64,000 bases of DNA from Gammaproteobacteria bacterium (GTDB taxonomy: Bacteria; Pseudomonadota; Gammaproteobacteria; JBCCGL01). This document shows, in pieces, positions 29,921-38,637 of this stretch. The position numbers were made by a program, and so were the translations under genes. Each line of letters starts with the position of its first letter. Positions within the stretch are counted from its first letter, which is position 1. Under the pieces are notes generated by a model that had not been told where the DNA came from, did not search any database, and saw only the letters and a list, made by a program, of their open reading frames with translations. Where the stretch lies: the NCBI GenBank assembly GCA_965277715.1, contig OZ255836.1:3597254-3661253 (forward strand). The letters run 5' to 3'.

Positions 29921-30038
29921 GACCGGTTCCTGTTAAGAAATATGATTGTTTTTTTTGTTTTTGGAAACAATACCCACTATGCAGGTGCATTCGTGTGGGC
30001 AGGCCACAAAAGGGCCTGCCCGAATGGCGGGGCTTAGG

Positions 30039-31004
30039 TTACAACCAGCCGCGCTCTTTGTAGTACTTAACCGCACCTGGGTGTAACGGTGCAGACAGCG
30101 AATCAGAAATCATTTGCTTTTCGTTCAGATTGGCGAACGCCGGGTGCAGTTTCTTGAAATCGTCGAAGTTGTCGAATACCGCTTTGACCACAACGTAAAC
30201 GGCGTCTTCAGGCACATCGGCACTGGTCACGAAGGTTGCGCCGACACCGAAAGTCTGAATGTCCTTATCGTTGTTGTACATGCCCGCTGGAATGGTGGCG
30301 GTACGGTAAAACGGGTTGTCGGCAATCAGCTTGTCGATGGCCGGGCCTTGTACATCAACCAGGTGTGCATCACAGGTGGCGAGTGACTCTTGCGTTAAAG
30401 CTGAAGGATGGCCCACCAACCAGAAATATGCATCGATCTTGCCATCGCATACTGCCTGACCGGTCTCTGCCGATTTCATTTCAGCGGCCAGTTTCAGGTC
30501 TCCGCGTTTCCAGCCGAGTGCCGCTTCGATAACCTCCCAGGTGCCGCGTGTCCCCGATCCTGGGTTGCCGATGTTCATCCGCTTGCCTTTAACATCATTG
30601 AGTTGCTTAATGCCTGAACCATCGCTGGCGATGACGGTGACAGGTTCCGGGTGAACAGAAAATACGGCACGGAGTTTGTCGAATTTGCCTTTTTCGGCAA
30701 ATTTGGACGTGCCGTTATAGGCGTGGTACTGCCAGTCTGATTGGGCCACACCGAATTCCAGTTCACCGGCGCGAATGGTGTTGATGTTGTAAATGGAACC
30801 GCCGGTCGACTCTGCCGAGCAACGAATGCCGTGCTCTTTGCGGTTTTTGTTTACCAGTCGGCAGATAGCACCGCCGGTTGGGTAGTAAACACCGGTGACG
30901 CCACCGGTGCCGATAGAGATAAATTTCTGCGCTGCAAAGCTGGGTGCAGCACAAACGAGTGTCGTTGCCATTGCTGCAACAATGGTTAATGGTTTTAACG
31001 CCAT
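30039..31004 (-). CDS. TAXI family TRAP transporter solute-binding subunit
   Basis: A signal peptide plus [15 protein letters not shown], the TAXI hallmark. Confidence 0.8.
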   Translation of the reverse strand: MALKPLTIVAAMATTLVCAAPSFAAQKFISIGTGGVTGVYYPTGGAICRLVNKNRKEHGIRCSAESTGGSIYNINTIRAGELEFGVAQSDWQYHAYNGTSKFAEKGKFDKLRAVFSVHPEPVTVIASDGSGIKQLNDVKGKRMNIGNPGSGTRGTWEVIEAALGWKRGDLKLAAEMKSAETGQAVCDGKIDAYFWLVGHPSALTQESLATCDAHLVDVQGPAIDKLIADNPFYRTATIPAGMYNNDKDIQTFGVGATFVTSADVPEDAVYVVVKAVFDNFDDFKKLHPAFANLNEKQMISDSLSAPLHPGAVKYYKERGWL

Positions 31005-31224
31005 GAAAATTCCTCCGCACAAAGATTGTGAATGAATGTTAGTGACTGGTTATTGTGCACTGGCAGTCACATGGTTTTATCGTACAGTATATTGTGATGT
31101 ACTGAAACTCGGGCAGTGCCTGCCGGTGATTATTTCCTGTGATTATTCTGGCGTTGACCCGAACCCAGCCAGTGTTTTCGTGTCTACAAATACCCCCTTA
31201 TTTAGCGCGTGTTGCGAGGCAGTT

Positions 31225-32958
31225 ATGGTCAGAGCGTTAGTTTTACTTGTCGCACTCTTTTCGAATGTCGTATTTTCAAGTGCTGTATCCGCAGCGCCTG
31301 TCACCACTGATTTCCCCTGGAATGAATGGGACAGTGCTGTGTTTGAACGCGCTGAGCGCGAAAATAAATTTGTATTACTCAGTCTACAAGCCTGGTGGTG
31401 CCACCCCTGCCACCAGATGAATACGATTACCTACGAGGATGCAGGGGTGCGTGCGTTGATCGACAGACATTTTATTCCGGTTTATGTCGACCAGGACAGT
31501 CGACCCGATATATCCCAGCGCTATGAGCGTTGGGGCTGGCCGGCAACGGTATTGTTTGCGGCGGACGGTACCGAAATAGTCAAATTGCGTGGGTTTTACT
31601 CACCTAAATTTTTCACCCCGATTCTACAGGCGACAATTGACGATCCCAGCCCGGTCGATTATGGCCAGCGTGGTGGCGATGAGCGCGCTGCCTCGCGTGT
31701 AATGCGCTTGAGTGCAGCGCAACGCAAAGTGATTGTCGATTTTATGGAAAAAACCTACGACAAAAACCACGGTGGCTGGGGATTGCGGTCAAAATTTGTC
31801 GATGGCCCCACGCTGATCTATGCGCTTGAGCAATCTCAACAGGATCCATTAATGGCACAACGCGCCCATGAAACGGTAACACGCTTGATTGCAATGATCG
31901 ATAAAGACCACGGTGGATTGTCGCAAATTTCGCTGGCAAAAGACTGGAGCAGGCCGTTGGATGAATACCCCATGTTTGCCCAGGAGGCGGGGTTGAATGC
32001 CTTTTCCTTAGCTTATGCGCGCTGGGGGGAGCAGGCATTTCGCCAGGCGGCAGATCGCGTTTACGGCTTTCTCGCCAACACACTGAGTGCACCTGATGGG
32101 GGTTTTTATACCAGTTTTGGTGCCGATAAGTTTAATCCCGGTATAGATAAACGCCGTTACGCACGCGAAAACGGCCAGGCAATTTCGGCACTGGCTACTT
32201 ATTACGATGCAACGGGTAACCGCGATGCACTGTCACTGGCGGTACGCAATGCACAGTGGGTGCTGGATCATCGCGGTTTGCCAGGCGGCGGTTTTCGCCA
32301 CAGTGCGAATGATAAGGGCGGCCCTTATTTGGTCGATACGCTGACGATGGCGCAGGCGATGCTAAAACTGTACCGCTCCACAGGTGACCGGGACTGGCTG
32401 CTCCGTGCGCAGTCGGCGGGGGCGTTTATTCAACAGCATTTTATCGATGCGAAGACCGGCGGTTTTATCTCAGCGAAGATACCCGCGCAGGATTTTATGC
32501 AGCAGTCGATTAAGCAAAAAGATGAAAACGTGCGGGCGACACGCTTTTTTAACCAACTATGGTATTACACCGGTGTGGCGTCATTCCGTGTTATCGCTGA
32601 AGCGGGGATGGGGTATTTGGCCTCAGATCGTATACTGGAGGGGTATTATTTCCTGCCGGGTGTTTTGCAGGCCGAGTATGAGCTTGGCAATGAGCCGGTG
32701 CATGTGACAGTAGTGGGGGCAAAAGATGACCCGGATGCCGCCGCGTTATATCGTGCTGCCTTGGCTTACCCCTCGGTGTACAAACGGGCCGAGTGGTGGG
32801 ATAAGCGCGAGGGGAAATTGCTGCGTGACGATGTTGTCTACCCACAGCTCAAGCAGGCAGCGGCGTTTGCGTGCAGTAACAGCGTATGTTCTACGCCGGT
32901 AACTGATCCGCTACGGTTGAGCGAAGCAGTGGACCGCTTACTGGGGCATCCGGGTTGA
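31225..32958 (+). CDS. thioredoxin-domain protein, DUF255/YyaL-like (N-acylglucosamine 2-epimerase-like fold), secreted
   Basis: The signal peptide MVRALVLLVALFSNVVFSSAVSA is present. The WWCHPCHQM thioredoxin-like motif is followed by a DUF255 pattern. Confidence 0.7.
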   Translation: MVRALVLLVALFSNVVFSSAVSAAPVTTDFPWNEWDSAVFERAERENKFVLLSLQAWWCHPCHQMNTITYEDAGVRALIDRHFIPVYVDQDSRPDISQRYERWGWPATVLFAADGTEIVKLRGFYSPKFFTPILQATIDDPSPVDYGQRGGDERAASRVMRLSAAQRKVIVDFMEKTYDKNHGGWGLRSKFVDGPTLIYALEQSQQDPLMAQRAHETVTRLIAMIDKDHGGLSQISLAKDWSRPLDEYPMFAQEAGLNAFSLAYARWGEQAFRQAADRVYGFLANTLSAPDGGFYTSFGADKFNPGIDKRRYARENGQAISALATYYDATGNRDALSLAVRNAQWVLDHRGLPGGGFRHSANDKGGPYLVDTLTMAQAMLKLYRSTGDRDWLLRAQSAGAFIQQHFIDAKTGGFISAKIPAQDFMQQSIKQKDENVRATRFFNQLWYYTGVASFRVIAEAGMGYLASDRILEGYYFLPGVLQAEYELGNEPVHVTVVGAKDDPDAAALYRAALAYPSVYKRAEWWDKREGKLLRDDVVYPQLKQAAAFACSNSVCSTPVTDPLRLSEAVDRLLGHPG

Positions 32959-33039
32959 AGTGTGTTTCTATAATGTGATATATTGAAACGTCATCATATA
33001 TTTTTCTGACACCCACCTAAAACCGGATGGAATCTTACT

Positions 33040-33297
33040 ATGCGTACGATCATTGATTTACCTGACGATCAAATTACCGCTCTGGCGCGACAATCTGCCA
33101 AATATAATACTTCAAGAGCAGCGATGGTGCGTGACGCCGTGGCTGAGTATTTAGTGAATCGGCGTGACCCCATCGATGATCAGGCTTTTGGCCTGTTTCG
33201 GGAAAATCCCTTGGATATTTTAGGGGATATTTCAGGTGATGGCCCAGATGATGGCCTGGTACGGCAAAACAGCTTACGGGATGAGTGGAGGGTATGA
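33040..33297 (+). CDS. vapB: type II antitoxin VapB-like
   Basis: An 85 aa DNA-binding antitoxin-like protein. Its stop overlaps the vapC start. Confidence 0.65.
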   Translation: MRTIIDLPDDQITALARQSAKYNTSRAAMVRDAVAEYLVNRRDPIDDQAFGLFRENPLDILGDISGDGPDDGLVRQNSLRDEWRV

Positions 33298-33659
33298 GGG
33301 TTGTTTTTGATAGCAACCTGCTGATTGACTACTTAAACGGTATTGAGGCGGCTAAACGTGAAATAAACCACACCTATTCCAGAAAGGTGATCAGCCGGAT
33401 CACCTGGATGGAAGTGATGGTAGGTGTGCCACCAGAACATCAGCAGGTGGTTATACAGTTTCTCAACCGGTTTGACGTGATTGACACCAGCCCGGCTATT
33501 GGCGCGTTAGCGGTCTCCATTCGGCAAGCCCAGCGAATACGTTTGCCAGATGCGATTATCTGGGCCACCGCCATTGATCAGGAAGCATTGCTGGTGACGA
33601 GAAACACCAGGGATTTTCCAGCCCAGGATCCTGGTATCCGCATTCCTTACACACTTTAA
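33294..33659 (+). CDS. vapC: PIN-domain toxin VapC
   Basis: The PIN acidic residues are present: VFDSNLL... and D in PDAIIWATAI. Confidence 0.7.
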   Translation: MRVVFDSNLLIDYLNGIEAAKREINHTYSRKVISRITWMEVMVGVPPEHQQVVIQFLNRFDVIDTSPAIGALAVSIRQAQRIRLPDAIIWATAIDQEALLVTRNTRDFPAQDPGIRIPYTL

Positions 33660-33715
33660 CCTAAATTCCGCAGTTGATAGGTGCTCGCAGTAGATTCAAC
33701 TGAGGAATTTAGGTT
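33658..33715. mobile_element. MITE-like element copy 1 (54-58 bp): 18-20 bp TIR CCTAAATTCCGCAGTTGA, 18 bp core, flanked by TTTAA direct repeats
   Basis: Left TIR at 33660-33677, right TIR at 33696-33713 with one mismatch. TTTAA is found at 33655-33659 and again at 33714-33718. The vapC stop TAA lies in the left duplication. Confidence 0.6.
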
Positions 33716-33745
33716 TAACTGCCCGCAACCCTCTGGCCAGTCCCT

Positions 33746-35377
33746 CTATGGTTCCCCATTGCCGATCTCAATTTTACGCCGTGCCACGTAATCATCTATC
33801 GCCTCCAGCCTGCCTGGGTCGATAGGGGGGGCTTCATACGCTTCTAAAACCTTTTGCCAAATCCCGGTGGCGCGCACCTCGGCGGTTTTGGCACCAGCCT
33901 GTTGCCAGTTCTCGTTATTTTGCCAATCGCTGAGCATCGGTTCATAGAAGGCGGTTTTGTAGCGTTCCATGGTGTGCTGAGTGCCGAAGAAATGCCCGCC
34001 GGGGCCGACATCTTCAATTGCCTCCAGGCCAAACTCCTCGTTATTAATCTTTATCGGTTCGAGAATGCGGGACATCGATTGCAATGACTCGATATCGATA
34101 ATGAGTTTTTCAAATGAAGCGACCAGGCCACCCTCCAGCCACCCCGCTGCGTGGTAAATAATATTACCGTGGCCGAGTACCCCGCCCCACAGCGCACTTT
34201 GTGTCTCGTATACAGCTTGTGCGTCGGTGGTGTTACTGGCGTTGCAGGCGCTGGTGCGATAGGGCAGACCATACTTTCGGGCCAACTGGCCACCGGCGAT
34301 GTTGGCCAGTGCATTTTCCGGTGTGCCAAACGCGGGCGCCCCTGAGCGCATATCGACATTAGACGTGAAACCGCCGTACAGGCAGGGTGAACCGGGGGCA
34401 GCCAGCTGTAGAATCGCCAGCGTCAGAATAGCTTCGGCGTTCTGCTGTGCCAGTGCACCGGCCATTGTTACCGGCGTCATTGCGCCCATCAGAGTAAAGG
34501 GTGTGGCGATCACCGCCTGGCCGTGCTCAGCCATATAAATGGCGGCATCAGCCATCGTATCATCGAGCTTGCGGGGTGAGTTGATATTGATGTTGACAAT
34601 AGCACTGGGGCTTTTGGCTAACTCCTCCACGGTTAAACCACGTGCAAGCGCTATCATTTCCACTGCATCACGTACCCTGCCAACGCCGATAGGGATACCA
34701 CTGACGATTTTATCGGTCAATACCAATGATTCGCGGTAGGTATCCAGGTGACGGTTATTGACCGACATCTCAATCGGTGACGTGGGCTGGTTGCCCATAA
34801 AGGAGAGCACGTTGAAGTATTGGTAAAACTTCATCAGCTTTTTGTAGTCTGCAAAGTTGCCGGGGCGGCGGCCATTGATATGATCGTGGATATTGGGTGT
34901 CCCGGAAACCAGGCCAAAGTTAATGTTGTTACCCCCAATTTCAATGGCGTTTTCAGGGTTTCGCGGTGTAAGCGTGAAGTGGCCTGGCGCTTTGGCGACG
35001 GCCTGCAAAAATACTTCGCGCTGACCTTTGACGATACCACTGGCCTCGTCGACCTCTGCGCCCGCCGCTCTCAACAAACTCCGTGCTTTGGCACTCATGA
35101 CCTCAATACCCTGCTCTTCAAGCAGGCGCATAGAGGCGTTGTGGACTGATTCGAGCTGATCTTCAGATAGGGGAGTGAGTGGAGCGAACGGGCTTTTTAG
35201 TTGCTGACGGGGAAGCTGGCGAACCACCGCTGGCCTGGCCTCGACGTTTTCAGCTTCACTAATTTGGCGATTGCGGCGGCGTTTTCTCTCGGGTCTCGAC
35301 ATAATGATTTCTTGGTAAACAGAGTTACCCATCCTATCTAGCGATGAAGTGCCTGTATATGCATAGTCAGACCGCAC
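33746..35377 (-). CDS. trimethylamine methyltransferase (MttB) superfamily protein, non-pyrrolysine type (likely quaternary-amine:corrinoid methyltransferase)
   Basis: A continuous 543 aa ORF with no in-frame amber codon and MttB-type TIM-barrel motifs. The Arg-rich N-terminus has an alternative start at 35301. Confidence 0.7.
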   Translation of the reverse strand: MRSDYAYTGTSSLDRMGNSVYQEIIMSRPERKRRRNRQISEAENVEARPAVVRQLPRQQLKSPFAPLTPLSEDQLESVHNASMRLLEEQGIEVMSAKARSLLRAAGAEVDEASGIVKGQREVFLQAVAKAPGHFTLTPRNPENAIEIGGNNINFGLVSGTPNIHDHINGRRPGNFADYKKLMKFYQYFNVLSFMGNQPTSPIEMSVNNRHLDTYRESLVLTDKIVSGIPIGVGRVRDAVEMIALARGLTVEELAKSPSAIVNININSPRKLDDTMADAAIYMAEHGQAVIATPFTLMGAMTPVTMAGALAQQNAEAILTLAILQLAAPGSPCLYGGFTSNVDMRSGAPAFGTPENALANIAGGQLARKYGLPYRTSACNASNTTDAQAVYETQSALWGGVLGHGNIIYHAAGWLEGGLVASFEKLIIDIESLQSMSRILEPIKINNEEFGLEAIEDVGPGGHFFGTQHTMERYKTAFYEPMLSDWQNNENWQQAGAKTAEVRATGIWQKVLEAYEAPPIDPGRLEAIDDYVARRKIEIGNGEP

Positions 35378-35428
35378 TTGTCCGGCAGGCGACGCCCGCT
35401 ACCGGAAATGCTTAATACCCATTTCCCA

Positions 35429-36154
35429 TCAGCAAAAATCCCCCCACCGCGACTGCATCACGGCAATAGCCGCAACAGCGGCTGTTTCAGTCCTTAGCAC
35501 ACGTGGCCCAAGGGCTGCACGCTGTACATCCGCTTCCAACATTAACTGAATTTCGTGTGGGCTAAAGCCGCTTTCTGGGCCAATGATCAGTGTACACTGG
35601 CCACTTATTGGGTGGTTTATGAGCGAATTTGGTGCTGTTGGATCAAGAAGCACACAGTCCTGCGTTCCTCGCGCCTGTGCCAGCCACTGAGGTAGTGTTA
35701 ACGGCACCGCCACGGGAGGGATAATACTGCGCTCGGATTGTTCACAGGCACTGATAACCACCGCCTGCCAGTGCTGCATTTTTTTATCCCGGCGCTGGGT
35801 ATCGTCGAGTTTGACGCTGGATTTTTGGGTGATGAGTGGTTGAATGCCGGTAACACCCAGCTCTACAGATTTTTGCACCGTATAGTCCATGCGCTCACTG
35901 CGTGAAATGCCTTGTACCAACGTGATATGCAGGGGTGATTCGTTGGTACTTTCGGTTTTATCCCGAACGTGTAGCACAACGGATTTGCCGGTTTGCACGA
36001 TGTCGGCACAGTAGTTAAAACCATCGCCATTGAAAAGCCGCAGTGATTCACCTACCTGCATTCGCAGCACCTTGGTGAGGTGCACACTGGGGGCTTTTTC
36101 CAGAGTTATCGTGTTGTCAACGACCAGTGCTTGTGGGGTAAAAATCCGCGTCAT
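35429..36154 (-). CDS. rsmE: 16S rRNA (uracil1498-N3)-methyltransferase
   Basis: RsmE/YggJ-family motifs are present (PUA-like N-terminus, LIIGPESGFSPHE). Confidence 0.8.
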   Translation of the reverse strand: MTRIFTPQALVVDNTITLEKAPSVHLTKVLRMQVGESLRLFNGDGFNYCADIVQTGKSVVLHVRDKTESTNESPLHITLVQGISRSERMDYTVQKSVELGVTGIQPLITQKSSVKLDDTQRRDKKMQHWQAVVISACEQSERSIIPPVAVPLTLPQWLAQARGTQDCVLLDPTAPNSLINHPISGQCTLIIGPESGFSPHEIQLMLEADVQRAALGPRVLRTETAAVAAIAVMQSRWGDFC

Positions 36155-36239
36155 ATCAAGGTTTAGCCTATGATTAATGTAAGGGTATTATCAACCATCG
36201 TGGACGAACCGATTGTAGCCTTTTTCTGCCTACCAGCAA

Positions 36240-36443
36240 TTAGCGATTGTTTAGCCAGTCATTGAATTCGGCCGCGTTTTTATCACGTAAACCACTGGCA
36301 GCAATGGTATCCAACGCCAACCTCGCGTGCAGGGTTTGGGCTTCTGACAATCGATTCAGCCCACCTGCACCCGCTAGGCTGTAGTGCACTCTGCCGGGGG
36401 AGCCACCGCTATATTGGTGCCATACGACAATACCATTACTCAA
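36240..36443 (-). CDS. hypothetical small ORF, possible gene remnant
   Basis: A 67 aa ORF with no recognisable domain. It sits in a 600 bp gene-poor gap downstream of dnaG. Confidence 0.2.
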   Translation of the reverse strand: MSNGIVVWHQYSGGSPGRVHYSLAGAGGLNRLSEAQTLHARLALDTIAASGLRDKNAAEFNDWLNNR

Positions 36444-36756
36444 AGTCTACTCGGTCACCCCTCTAGGCAGTACACGCGTACCAACAATACTACCCTCCAC
36501 AGCAGGAGAAATAGACCAGTCTTCGCTCGCTTGTATGGGCACCTGCGCAGCGGAAAATCGGGTTTTATCGACATAAAGGTACTGGCAAAAATAGTAACAA
36601 GCGAGCTTAGTATTGCATCACGATTAAATACTAAAAAATATTAGAAAGGTAAGAAAATAACGAATGAAGATTTTGAAAATCTTCCTCTTTGAAACTACAC
36701 AATAAGTCCATTTGAATAACTTAAACCGTCAAGTTATTTATTGACAATCTCTAAAC

Positions 36757-38508
36757 TTAGTCGGTATAGGGAAGGGTAGCGCGAAGCTGTGCTTTCAATT
36801 CATCATCGATGACACCAGAGGCAGCGCGCTCACGCAAAACAGCCTGGGCGCGGCGTTGGTTGGCCCGCGTCAGTTGTTTTATGCTCTCCAAAAATAGCTG
36901 TCGGGGCCGCTCTTCGTCGGCTGCTTCCAGCCCTGGTATTTCACTACTGGCCAATTGGCACAAATACGGCCACTCACTCGCATCGCGAAAATGCTCCAGT
37001 AGTGCGGCAGTGCTGATGGTTGCATTACCAAGGATAATACCGATGAGCTTTTGCAGCGTAAAACCACCGCGTTGGTTTTCGTCAAAATCGTAGTGCTCCA
37101 GATCATCGTCGCTGACCACCCCCGGATGCTGTATGGCGAGTGTAATCGCAGTGCGTATGGGGCTGAGTTGCACCTGGTAGGCAGCCGGGCGGCGGGGTCG
37201 CGGCGGGCTGCTGGGCGGAGTCGCAACGGAGGTGCTGCTGAATGTGGTGCCGACATGCGCACTGAGTTGTTGATAGAGCAGTGTGCGGTATAACTCACCG
37301 GGAATGCTATCGATCAGTGGTCTGGCGGTTTCTGCCAGCCGGGCGCGCTCACCGACGGAATGGGCACCATCGCCATCGATGAGTTCACGAAACAGGAAAT
37401 CGGCCACGGGGAGAGCCGTTTTTAGTAGTGCGGTAAAAGCGGGCTGGCCAATAGATTTGATCAGGCTGTCCGGGTCTTCGCCTTCGTCGAGAAACAGGAA
37501 ACGTGCCTCGCGGCCATCTTGCAACGTAGGCAGGGTGGTTTTCAATGCGCGCCAGGCGGCCTGGCGACCGGCGCGGTCACCATCGAAACAAAACACCACG
37601 TCATTGACGGTGCGAAACAGGTACTCCATGTGCGTGGCGGTGGTGGCGGTGCCGAGTGTGGCGACGGCGTAGGTGATACCGTGCTGGGCGAGGCCAATAG
37701 TATCCATATAGCCCTCGACAACCAGCAGTGAATCGAGCGTGCGATGGGCCTGCCGCGCTTCAAACAGGCCGTAGAGTGCCTCGCCTTTGTGGAAGACCGG
37801 GGTTTCCGGTGAGTTGAGGTATTTGGGTTCACCGTCACCCATGACGCGGCCACCGAAGCCAATAGTGCGCCCGCGCCGGTCGCGAATGGGAAACATAATC
37901 CGGTCGCGGAAGCGGTCGTAAACGCGCCCGTTTTCGTTTTTTATCAGCATACCTGCAGTGAGCAGGTCGGTCTGTGAGCAATTGGGGAGGCTACTCTCCA
38001 GGGCGTCCCAGCGGTTGGGCGCGTAGCCGAGGCCGAAATGTCTGGCCGTTTCACCGCTGAGGCCGCGTTGCTTTAGGTAATCGATTGCTGCGGGGTGGCC
38101 TTTGAGTTGCTGTTGAAAGAAGTGCGCGCAGGCGTCGAGGGCTGTGTACAGCGGTGATTGGTTCTGAGTTTGACCTGAACCACCTGAACCTGAATCCTGG
38201 TAGGTTTCACGCGGGACATCCAGCCCGGCCAGGCTGGCCAGTTCTTCGATGGCCTCAGGAAAACTCAGGTGTTCGTAAGCCATTAAAAAAGAGATTGCCG
38301 AGCCATTGGCGCCGCAGCCACCAAAGCAATGGTAAAACTGTTTTACCGGGTTGACGATGAAAGAAGGGGTTTTTTCGTTGTGAAAGGGGCAGCAGGCTTT
38401 GTAGTTGACCCCGGCTTTTTTCAGATCGACGCGAGCGCCGATAACATCGGCAATCTCGGTGCGGTCGAGCAGGTTATCGATAAAGCTTTGTGGAATGCGC
38501 CCGGCCAT
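36757..38508 (-). CDS. dnaG: DNA primase
   Basis: Contains the CHC2 zinc finger (CCPFHNEKTPSF...CFGCG), a TOPRIM domain, and the C-terminal helicase-binding domain. 583 aa. Confidence 0.9.
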   Translation of the reverse strand: MAGRIPQSFIDNLLDRTEIADVIGARVDLKKAGVNYKACCPFHNEKTPSFIVNPVKQFYHCFGGCGANGSAISFLMAYEHLSFPEAIEELASLAGLDVPRETYQDSGSGGSGQTQNQSPLYTALDACAHFFQQQLKGHPAAIDYLKQRGLSGETARHFGLGYAPNRWDALESSLPNCSQTDLLTAGMLIKNENGRVYDRFRDRIMFPIRDRRGRTIGFGGRVMGDGEPKYLNSPETPVFHKGEALYGLFEARQAHRTLDSLLVVEGYMDTIGLAQHGITYAVATLGTATTATHMEYLFRTVNDVVFCFDGDRAGRQAAWRALKTTLPTLQDGREARFLFLDEGEDPDSLIKSIGQPAFTALLKTALPVADFLFRELIDGDGAHSVGERARLAETARPLIDSIPGELYRTLLYQQLSAHVGTTFSSTSVATPPSSPPRPRRPAAYQVQLSPIRTAITLAIQHPGVVSDDDLEHYDFDENQRGGFTLQKLIGIILGNATISTAALLEHFRDASEWPYLCQLASSEIPGLEAADEERPRQLFLESIKQLTRANQRRAQAVLRERAASGVIDDELKAQLRATLPYTD

Positions 38509-38562
38509 TTACACGCACTTTATATGCCCGAATCGATAGGTGCTCGAATCAATACATGGCTG

Positions 38563-38590
38563 TGCCGATGGGCAGGGGCAAACCTTCGGG
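38563..38590. promoter_or_regulatory. perfect 12 bp stem with UUCG tetraloop between gltB and dnaG
   Basis: CAGGGGCAAACC-ttcg-GGTTTGCCCCTG. No U-tract follows on either strand. Confidence 0.4.
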
Positions 38591-38637
38591 TTTGCCCCTG
38601 CTGTCAATGCTGGCAAGCCGCTAACGGTGGTGGTCAT

